Positions 25,201-37,200 of a stretch of 64,000 nt of DNA are shown here, in pieces (position 1 is the first letter of the stretch; each line of letters starts with the position of its first letter). The translations under genes were made by a program, and so were the position numbers. The notes under the pieces are model-generated. The model worked only from the letters and a program-made list of their open reading frames with translations, had not been told where the DNA came from and searched no databases. Source of the stretch: Malacoraja senta (taxonomy: Eukaryota); the NCBI GenBank assembly GCA_038087875.1, contig CM075993.1:5768001-5832000 (forward strand). The letters run 5' to 3'.

Positions 25201-28200
25201 GAGGTAATTTAGCTTTACTGGAGGACATAACATCTGCTGACATCTTTGCACAGTGCTGACCAAGTGCTGCATCGTCAGAGGGACGTGGCCTCTGAACAAG
25301 ACAGTCTATTCGGGACCTGTACGATCAATTACAAATCGACTCCTACCCCCTCGTCATTTATCTTAAACAAGGTTTAAGGATCTTTCAATGAACAAAATAC
25401 TTACCAGGCCTATCTTGAACATAGAACAAACGGTACAGTACAGGAGCAAACCTTTCAGCCCACAATGTTTGTGCCCGAACATGATGGCAACATAAACTAA
25501 TCTCATCTAGAAAGTGGAGGGTTAGCACAATTCCTGATAATTAATTGCATGCAAAGCATGTTAGATGTTAGAGAGGCTTTCCAATGGCCCTTTGGAATTA
25601 CAGAATATATAGCAGTTCATCAGGCCAATTGGCCGAACTAATCTGTGTTAGAGTTGTACCTTACATAAGAATCATCATTCCCAATGAGTCTTACAGCATA
25701 GAGTCACAGACTCAGTCATACAGTGTGGAAACATGCCCTTCGGCCCAACATGCCGACACCGGCAAACATGTACCATTGACACTCGCCCCACCTGCCTGCG
25801 TTTGGCCCATATATCCCTCTAAATCTGTCATATCCGTGTTAAGGGCCTGTCCCACTTTACGAGGTAATTCACAAATTCTCCCGAGATACACCTACGGCCT
25901 CTTACGGACCCTTTACGGACATTCTGCGAGTTTGAATGAAGGGGAAAACTCGGGGGAATTCGTGAATAACTTGGGAGAATTCGTGAATTACCTCGTAAAG
26001 TGGGACAGGCCCTTAACTGTCTAATTGTTTCTCAAACTTTGCAATAGTCCTTGCCTCAACTACCTCCTCTGACAGCTCATTCCATACACCCATCATCCTT
26101 TGAGTGATAAAGTTACCCCTCATATTCCTATTAAATCTTTCCCCCTTCACCTTAAACCTATGCTTAGTTTTCAATTCCCCTACTCCAGGCAAGAGACTCC
26201 AGGCGTCTACCCGATCTATTCCTCTCATGATTTTATACACCCCAGTGCATCCATTTCATTTCTTTGCAGAAACTGCATTCAAGAAAATCATCTAAATTGT
26301 TCATGCCAGACAACCATCCAAGTAAAGAGATGAATAACTATCGTTCCCATGTACCCAGTCTTAGATTCTCCTAGAAGAAAACAGCTTAGCACTTCTATCC
26401 TGTCTAACCCACTGATAATTTTAAAGACGTCATCTCTAAGCTTTATCTTTTATAAAAGAAAAAGCTCCAACTAGTTGTGTCCCTTTAGCTAGAACCTACT
26501 AGTTTCCGCATCATCCTTGACAATCTGTTTTGCACTCTCTCTGACACTTTTTTTAATGTCCTTTTTAATAGTACGGAGACCAGATCTGTACACCAGCAGC
26601 GTAGTCTAGGCATTTTCCCTTCAATAAATGTTCAAGGCTTTTCTTTGCCAGCAAGTGAATTAAATCATTCACTCAAGGATGGTCAGAGAGCTATGCTGTG
26701 TGTGGTGAATGAAAATCAGGAGGCACAGATGCAGATATGCTTCTTTCAAAGCCTTCTATTTCTGTGTGTGTGGCATTGTGTCGGAAATGTAACCTTCAAA
26801 TCAGCCGTGCGTTGGCATTAATTCAATTCATAGAAGGTTCTGGTTTGATAAAAACACGTTTGAATTACAAGGTTTATCCTGGATTGCCAAAAAGGGCTGG
26901 AATTAAAATGCTGGCGGTAGAATACATCAGAAAGCAGTGCTTGTAGACATCTACAGTTCTTGGCACCATCTCATGGCAGCACAATGTAACTGCAGTTTAT
27001 ACCAAGGTAGATATAAAAAGTTGGCCCCTTTCATAGAAACATAGAAATAGAAAATAGGTGCAGGAGTAGGCCATTCGGCCCTTCGAGCCTGCACCGCCAT
27101 TTGATATGATCATGGCTGATCATCCAAACTCAGTATCCCATCCCTGCCTTCTCTCCATACCCCCTGATCCCTTTAGCCACAAGGGCCACATCTAACTCCC
27201 TCTTAAATATAGCCAATGAACTGGCCTCAACTACCTTCTGTGGCAGAGAGTTCCAGAGATTCACCACTCTCTGTGTAAAAAATGATTTCCTCATCTCGAT
27301 CGTAAAAGTCTTCCCTCTTATCCTTAAACTGTGACCCCTAGTTCTGGACTTCCCCAACATCGGGAACAATCTTCCTGCATCTAGCCTGTCCAACCCCTTA
27401 AGAATTTTGTACGTTTCTATAAGATCCCCCCTCAATCTTCTAAATTCTAGCGAGTACAAGCCGAGTCTATCCAGTCTTTCCTCATATGAAAGTCCTGACA
27501 TCCCAGGAATCAGTCTGGTGAACCTTCTCTGTACTCCCTCTGTGGCAAGAATGTCTTTCCTCAGATTAGGAGACCAAAACTGTACGCAATACTCCAGGTG
27601 TGGTCTCACCAAGACCCTGTACAACTGCAGTAGAACCTCCCTGCTCTTATACTCAAATCCTTTCAAACAAATTCTTCTTCAATCGCAGTGAGGCAGCAGC
27701 ACTGCCAGCTGTTCCACTTCAGACATTGGCACAGCTGGTGGACCCACTGCCTCATCGTGCCAGAGACCCGGGTTCGATCCTGATCTGGAGTGCTGTCTGT
27801 GTGGAGTTTGAACGTTCTCCCAGAGCCCATATGGGTCTACTCCGGGTGCACCGGTTTCTTCCCACATCCCAAAGACGTGCAGGTTTGTCAGTTAATTGAC
27901 CGCTGTAAATTTACCGTAATGTGTAGGAAGTGGATGCGAAAGCATGATAACAGAGCAAGTGTGAATGGATGGTCGGTGAAGCTGCATCTCTAAACTAATC
28001 ACCTGTGGCAAATGTCAACCTGGAATAGTTACAAATACAGGTTGAGGATTATTATTGTTACTGTACCGAAGTACAGCGAAGAGTTTTGCTCTACAAGCTG
28101 TCCAAACAAATCAGATAATACAATCTAAAATTACAATCAAGCTAAACACAAGTACAAAGCAAGGGGGAAGATGCTACCCCTTGAAGAATGGGAAGCATCT

Positions 28201-31200
28201 CCCAGCTACATGAAAAACTACAATCATTCTCAACATTGTAGTTCAAGAGTTCCATAGACAAATTCCAATGTTTGAAATATGGTTAAGGTGAAATGGACAG
28301 TACCCCTGACTTGTGGAAAGACAGTTCGGAAGCCTGATAACAGAGGGGAAGAAGCTGTTCCCAAGTCTGGTGATGCGCATTTTCAAGCGGCAGGAGAGGT
28401 ACATGGTGTGAATGGCAGAAACATGAACGAAAGTACCAGGAATGCTGATTATCTGGCATTGTTGAGCTGAATATTGAGCCTGGAAGAATGTCCAGTACTG
28501 TAGCATTCACTCTTTGGGTCAATTAATTCCTACCTGCGGAATGATGATATCAGCAAGGGCCTTGGAGAACTTGAATAGTTCCAAGGTGTCTTCCAGCTTC
28601 AAGGCACCGTTGTGCTGCACATCATATTTGATGCAGTCGTAGATGTCCGGGATTTTACTGATGTCATAACGGCCGCTCTTCATTCGGAAATCCTTCTCCA
28701 GCTTTAACCAGCGTTGCAGCATTAGCTCCAGGGTCTCGCTGTGATACAGCTGAAGGTCTGCAATTGACAGGGTCCGGCACGGTTACACAAATTCTGATAC
28801 ATTCTACCAGACTCTAATCTACAAAGACCACAACAAAGATAGAGCACGTGGCAGAATAAAGTGTACAGCTATGGAAACAAAATATCTGACAATTTTTCTT
28901 TCAAAAGATTAAATGAACACAATGCACTCATTACATTTGTACATGCACCTGACTTTTCACAAGAGTAATTACTACAAATGTTTCTTGAGAACACTGGCTA
29001 GAAATAATCTCAAGAGAAAAAAAAAACACATTACAGCTCACCCAATCTCCCCATCACTTAAAACTGGTTCCCTGCTACCTGTTCAGGTGGCATGATAGTA
29101 TTATTGGGAAAATGGCCCAGAGCAATACTTTATAGACACAAAATGCTGGAGTAACTCAGCAGGTCAGGCAACATCTCTGGAGAAAAGGAATAGGTGACGT
29201 TACGGGTCCAGACCCTTCTTCAGACTCCACTCTCAATCACAATCAGAAGCAGAACAGAATGGTTTGTATTTTTTCCAGCAGTTAAGAAAGTGTGATGAGT
29301 GAGTGAAGTGTTCCACACGATATAGATGAGGATAATTAAATATAGCATCTATAGCTTTTATTGATATCTCTGGATGTTAATCCAGTTCTTCGATTCTAAC
29401 TCAAACGTCTCCAAGCTTCAATAACAAATCAGCGCAATAAAAAAGCTACAAATAATGAGAACTAGAAATAAAAAGAAAACTGCATAGAATAGTCAGCTGA
29501 TCAAGCAGCATCTTTGGGGAGAAGCAGATTTAACCTTTCAGGTGGAAGTTATTTAGGGACAGTTTCTTCTCAGCTGTTAGCAGGTAACTGAACCATCCTA
29601 TCAACAACGAGAGAGCAGTCCTGAACTACTATCTACCTCATTGGAGACCCTCGGACCATCCTTTGGACTTTATCTTGCACTAAACGTTATTCTCTTTATG
29701 ATGTATCTGAAGACTGTGGATGGCTCAATTTGTAATCATGTATTGTCTTTCTGCTGACTGGTTTGCACGTAACAAGCTTTTCACTATACCTCGGTACACG
29801 TGACAATGAACTAAACTAACTATTGACCTGAAACATTAGCTCTACTTTCTCTTCCATAGATGGTGCTCATTTATTTGATTGGTTCTGCAAAAAAAAATCA
29901 TGCTCATTTTATGTTTATTTATTTTATTTAGTAAGTTTCACACTTGCTGAATAATTCTTCAAACAAAAAAAAATATATATATATACTAGACCAAGTGCAG
30001 ACCCACTGGGTCTGTTCCCCTAACGCGCGGTTGCAGGGGGGGGGGGGGGCTGCGGCTTCACACGCACACTAACCACCTCCCACACAAGGGGGGGGGTGAG
30101 AGGGGGGTAGGGGAAATGGGGTGGGGAGAGGGGAGACCGCTGGGACGGACACACACATATATACACACACATATATATATACATATACACACATGTATAT
30201 ATACACATACATACACATACACATACATATATATGTCTGAAGAAGGGTCTCTACCCAAGAACGTCACCCATTCCTTCTCTCCAGAGATGCTGCCTGTCCT
30301 GCTGAGTTACTCCAACATTGTGTCTACCTTCGATTTTAAACAGCATCTGCAGTTCTTTCTTACACATAAATATATTTACCTGCTGATTTGGGATCTTCTA
30401 ACCTCTTCTTAATCTGCGAGGTCAGATTCTGAACCAAGGAGTAAACTCGATCACAAGTGGTGACAGGGTTTTGAATTAACTTCATGGAATTAATAACAGA
30501 AGCACTGCCAGTGGGAGCCAGCTGCAAAAGATAACAGACCAGATGCAAACAGTGTTAATAAACAGGACAAGGAACAGAAGTCACCCGACTGCTGGTTGAT
30601 TCCAACAGACACTACAATGCAAACGGACAGCAAATGATGGTACTTGATAATTTTGTGGTCTTGCTTCAGCACAATTCTATGTTGGCAATGACACACAGCG
30701 ATAAAGAGTACTTCTGTCCTTCTACAATCGTGCTTCAACTCTCAGTTGTCAGAAGATACCTTTCCCAGCACCTGACCTCCAACAATCTTCCTGCTGGAGT
30801 GCAGCTAACTTACAGGACAAATGGGAAGGTGTTCAATATACATCTCCTTGATGCCAGAACATGCGGTAGTGTGTTTTAAGTGCCTTTCAATAAATATTGT
30901 TGCACCATGTCCGTGAGTATGACTGGGTCATTTGACATGGTGTCAAGAAGTGGTTGGTAACCCACTCCGTGTTTAGGTTTATCGGGTTTTATTTTATCCC
31001 ACTTCTGACACCATGTCAAATGACCCAGTGATACTCACAACAGTATCTATTGAAAGGCACTTATAATACACTACAGCATGTTGTTTCAGCTGTGTAGCAG
31101 CGTAGACTGCCAGCACGAGTTGGGTTATGATAATATGAACTGTAGTAGGCGGAGCTTCTACTAATAAAGAACTGCATTGTTTAGTAAGTGAAGTAACCAA

Positions 31201-34200
31201 TCTACAAGAACCAAGGCCGCACCAGAACGCCAAGGCCCCGCTAGCGATCCTTTCTTCTGTGATACAAATTAATTTAGCAACACAGCATAATGCTAAAGTC
31301 AGAGATCTCAGGTTTGCATAAAAACAAGAGCGGAGCATGCACTGACGAGGTTCCAGAAATGTATAGTGTAGAAATAGGCAGCTTTGGGCACCTTGATTAT
31401 GTCAACTCTGATGTCAGTCTTCACTAATCACATTTGCCTCCATTGGGCCTCATATTCCTCTACACCTTTCACAAGTACCGCCCCAAAAGCCTCTTGAGCA
31501 TAGTAACAAAAATAAACTTTAGTTATTTTAAAAAGATCTTTATTTTTGAAAATCCTACTATTTCTGAAAAGCAACATTATTATAGCAAGTCTGAAACGCT
31601 CTGGCCCCTAACTCCCTTTTCCCCAATGACACGTGTTTTTACAACAACATTATCTATAATGTGAAGCTTCTTCAGAATGCAACTATCACGTATAGCAGAG
31701 CTGCCTGCACCTGTGATGCAGAGCTATAGGTAGAAAATACACAGGAAACATGCTCGAGCTCTCTCAAAGCAAGCAAGCAACAGCCATGCAATCAGCTTTG
31801 CCTTTCTTAATGTAGAACTTCTTCTTCCTGCGTATGGCGTGCAGAGCCTAAAGTTGTAGGACAACTTGTTTTATTTGATCTTATTTGATTGTACACGCTG
31901 GGTTGATTGCATTCGTCGAAACAGGGCGGACCACGTGAAGGTTGCAATCTAATGTAGAACTGTTACGACTAGATGGTGCCACTAACATAGAGCACCTTAT
32001 CACATCCAATCCTCTCCCAACCCAGTGGATGCAGGCACTTGGTTACCTTTTTGTAGTCCTCTTCTGTGAACTCCTGATCCTTCTGCATGAACTCATGAAG
32101 TCGGGCTTTGACGCGGTGCTGACAGCAACTAAGCGAGTTGCTGTTACTGTCCAGAAGACCATTCATGTTGGCACTTTTCACCATCTGCACCAGAATTGGA
32201 GTCAGCTCCCCTTCCAATGCCAGGAGACCCTGTAACATAGTACACAGAAAGATGATAGGTGACGTCTTGAGGATCTTGGTATAGAGGTATATTTTGGTGT
32301 GTCCATGCTGTGAGGTTGACCTCATCCCCACTTCACAAGTCCAATACTGTTATTAGCAAGAATCAAAAAGATACAGTATTCTGTATCTGTCCTGGGCTTC
32401 CTCCATTGTCAGAGTTAGGCCACATGCAAATTGGAGTAACAGCACCTCATATCTTGCTTAGGCAGCTTACAACCCAGAAGTATGAATGTTGACTTCTCTA
32501 ATTTAAAGTAACCCCTGCATTCCTGCTCCCTCCCCCACCCTAGTCATCCTACTAGTTCCACTGCTCACATCACTTCTTCCCCTGCCAACAAAGGGGCCAT
32601 TATAGGCTCCACTCTTCCTTGCTTATGTGTTGACAGCCCTGCTTTGTCCTGGCCTTTTCTTAACTCCAGTTCCTTCCCTTCTACTTTCAGTCTGAAGAAG
32701 GGTCCCTACCAGAAACGTCACCAGTCCTTTTCCTGCAGAGATGCTGCCTGACCTGCTGAGTTACTCCAGCAATGTGTGTCTAGCCTTCGTTTAAACCAAC
32801 ATTTGCTATTCCTTTCTACACAGTACTTGGTTGCCTCTTTTTCACCCGTTCTACTGAAAGCAAACTAAAACTGCAAAGAAGTAGTCAGTGCCGTCTTCTT
32901 TGTTGTCGTGTGCTGGGGCAGTAGGGCGAAGGCCACAGACGCCAACAGGATTAACAAACTCATCAGGAAGAACGGCTCCATCCTGGGGGTGGAGTTGGAT
33001 TCATGGGAGGTGGTCTTGGTTGGGAGGATGCTCCTCAAACTGCAGATCATCCTGGACAATACAGCTCACCCCCTTCATGACACACTAGCTAACCTGAGGA
33101 ATACCTTCAGCAACAGACTAGTTCCACCAAGATGCAGCACAGAACACCTGAGGAGATCCTTCTTCACTGTGGCTATCAAACTGTACAACTCTTCCCCCTT
33201 CAGTAGTGGGGTAGACTGACTCCCCTCCCCAATTCTTTGCACATCCCCAATCCTTTCCACTCATCACTTTAATTTCATGTATCTTGTGTTTTATGAGTGT
33301 TAGCAGATCAATTTCCCTCCTGGGATAAATAAAGTTCTATCGTATCGTATCGTGAAAGCCTCTTTCTTCACGTACCTTGGCAAAAGCCGCGGCTGTCATC
33401 TGCACTCTGCCTTCATCGGAGGCATAGATCTTCAAGTCGTGCCTGTAGGTGCTGTGCAGACGAAGGAGACCGCAACCAGGAAAGCCAGCATAATCCCCTG
33501 AGAGAAAATAAAAATCACTTCACCCTCTGTTCAAATCACTCCAGTCATCTGCAGATGGTCCACCATTTAGTTTGACCTTGGATAATCTGTATCTTATTTC
33601 TTTTTTTTTTTTTAAATTCCACAACTCTCAAAACACTATTCTTTTCAATTGCAGTTCTGAAGTTTTCAATTGCCCCATTCTCAGCTCTTTGTCGACAAGA
33701 TTTCAAGATTTTCCGTCTGAAGAAGGGTCTCGACCAGAAATACCACCCATTCCTTCTCCCCAGACATGCTGCCTGTTACCCCGGCATTTTGTGTCTATTT
33801 TCAGATTTTCACTTCCCTTTGTGTATAGAGGGGCCTCTTAACACCAATCCTGAACAATCCGTCATATCCCACTGTTCTGTACTCCCAGGGGAAGTTACTT
33901 CTATCCACCCTCCTGACTACTTTAATCATATTAATTATCGAAATCAACTCTCCACTCAACAGGAAAATTTATCTGTGCAATCTGTCCACTTAATTTAACC
34001 TTTTGAATTCTGGTATTAGTCTGCCAGGACTAGCCCAGTATGCCAACCGGGTTGGCATGGATAATGTGGGCCGGAGCCTCTTTCTATGCTGTTCTCTATG
34101 CCTCTATGATCTTGATACTATCTCAATTTCCAAGTATGTCAGTATTCCAGTGTTGTGATTTACTGTGGTCCAGGTCACTCCAAGCAATGCTCTCAGAACT

Positions 34201-37200
34201 GCAAAGTAACCTAGAAAAGTCTGAATAATTTAATATGCTGCCTAAACCTCGACACTACATACAATGCAGTGAAAAGGTATAAATATTATTTTCGCGTTCA
34301 ACAAAGTGTTTGTTGAAAATAGGAACAACAAACTAAAAAGGTTGAGATCAATTGACTGACTCCAGGCCTTTCCAAGTGCAGATAATTGGATAAATTAAAC
34401 TTGTTTCACAGCTGCTGAACATGCAAGTTGTCCCCTAACTGCACTGATGTCTTAAATAGAAAGAATTCTTCCACTGACTAGAATTAACTTCATCAGAGGT
34501 GGACCACGTTACACAAAACTGGTTCGGCAACTCGAACAAACCAGGAATGATGGAAATTATAAAAAGTCGTGGACACTGCCCAGTCCATCACGGAATTGAT
34601 CTCTCAACTATCGATGGAATCTATAGTTGAGAGAACCTAAAGGCAACCAGCATTATCAAGGACCCACATCGCCCTGACCATATTCTTATTTCACTCCTGC
34701 CATGGGGAAGGCAACACAGGAGTTTGAAAACCATGACCACCAGGTTCAGATATAGCTACTTCCCATCAACCATTAGGCTATTGAACAGTACAAACACCAA
34801 CTAAACTTCAAAGTGTCTTTGTTGCACGAGGAACTTTGAGCTTTTGTTTTGTTTTGCACTAACATTAGGAAATTATTAATTTATTGAACTTTCTTTGTTT
34901 TATTATTTTAACTATTGACCACTGTGTTTACAGACCTATTATTCTACAGCAAGCAAGAATTTCACTGCTCTGTTTCGGTACAGATGACAATTAACCCCTC
35001 TTGATTCTTGACAAATGATTTTAATTTTATCCTTAACGAACAGAGCTGTGACATGATTTTTCAAAGCAGAACGCATGATGTATTGCTTTGTAAGAACTAT
35101 GTGTTGCAGAAGGTCATTGTTTGTAGGTGAAGGAACATCCCCAGAACACCACAAACAGCAAGGGAGAAGTAACATTATAGAAAAATAGGAGCAGAATATG
35201 ATAAAAGATCAATACCAATCTTACAAAAAGTTAAAGACTTCATTAGTCGTTAAACTGTTTGAGCAAATCAAGCTCAACAAATGGGCTTGCACAAATCCTA
35301 GAAAAAAATGGATATCCAACGAATTGAAGGAGTAATCAATAGCATCAAATTCAGATGTTTATCTTGCAAAGTATATCTGAGTCAACAGCAAAATCAAATA
35401 TATTAAACAACACGGTAAAGAATGAATTAGCTGCATTAATGATGTAAACAGGCAACACTTGTTAGGGAAGAAAAGATACAAAGTGCTGGAATAACTCGAC
35501 AGGTTTGGCAGCATTGGTGGAGAACATGGATACCTGACATTTCGGGTCGGAGAAGAAGGGTCCCGATCCAAAATGGCACCTATCCATGTTCTCCAGAGAT
35601 GCCATCTGACCCACTGAGTTATTCCAGCACTATATGTCTTTCTTTTTTTTTTAAACCTGCATCTGCAGTTATTTCTTTCTACTTGTTAGGGTTTGCAGCT
35701 TGGAGGAAGAAGTTAAAATGACACCTGAACATGTGAAATTGAGTGTGTGGCACCGAAGTGTGTGCGGCATGTGAAGTGCGCGGAAGTGTTGTGGTGGTGA
35801 AGACACATGATGGGTTAAAACAACTTCGATTAAAAATGTCATTGATTCATTTCTTGGCACAATCAAGTGGCAGTATCCTGTGGGTGCCACACAGACCCAA
35901 ATCAAAGGGAATTTGTAATCTTGCGCAGGTGCAAGTTGCCAACGTCATAATTTTACTGATTCCTGGCCATAGCTACCGTCAGAATAACAGAAGGCTCACT
36001 CTGTTTATGAATCACTGTGACAATTAGTTTGTTGCACATTTGCTGCAACTGGTTAGATTGGTCCCAGGACGAGACATGCAAAGGGAATGGAAATGGGGGG
36101 TTAATTCATCACAAACTCAGAACACAGGGCAGCAATCAATCCCTTACCACAGTCAATAGGAGAATCACAGCTCAAACCTGTGCTGCTATCATCTATATTC
36201 ATATAAAAAGCAGGAGGAAAAGACAAAAAGATTAACATTATTCGTACCTCATGCCCCAGCTAAAGTGATTGTGACTCAATAACTCAACACACAAGAGTGG
36301 TATACGGAAAATGTTTGAAGTACTTCAGAGTTAAACTTAAAATGGTGATCAGTGTTGGGTTGGGCAAGGAGAGCACCAACCCTGCTGAGAAGAGTTGAAC
36401 CAAGGTGTGAATGAACTTCAGTGGAAGGAGTTTATTGGGAAGGGCGGTGTCGCAGGGCCTGATGGTGGACTGAATTCAGGAATTGAAGTTCAACTTGATG
36501 AAACAGGAGAAGGAGGTTCCCCACAGCTGAAAGAAAAAACACAAAATGCTGCAAACACCTCAGCAGGTCAAGCAACAGCGGCGGGAAATGAAAATGAAAA
36601 AATAATGCTAATGTTCCAGGTCTGGAAACCTTTACTAGTTTAGTTGGAGATACAGTGTGGAAACAGGTCCTTCGGCCCACCGAGTCCACACCGACCAGCG
36701 ATCCCCGTACATTAACACTATCCTACACACACTAGGGGCAAATTTTACATTTACACCAGGCCAATTAACCTACAAACCTGCACGTCTTTGTGCAAGTTGA
36801 AAACCCACGCAGGTCACGGGGAGAACGTACAAACTCCGTACAGACAGCACCCGTAGTCAGGATCGAACCGAGTTCTCTGGCGCTGTAGGACAGTAGCTCT
36901 ACCGCTACACCACCTTGTGGGCACATTTTAAAAAATCATCAGACAGCATCCGCAGGAGACAGATTCAAACTTGCGATAGGTTGGTTCAATACGGGATCCA
37001 CATTTTGATGAAGGGTCCCAGACCTGAAACGTCAGTTGCTTCTCATTCCAGATGCTGCCTGACCTGCATAGTTTACAACATTTCTGTTTTTATTTCCGAC
37101 ATCAAGCACCTTGAGCAATTTTGATTTTCCCCACTGCTGATTTCTACCCAAGTGAGTAATCAGAAGGGGATGGAGTCAGAAACCAGATGTGCTGCTTTAT

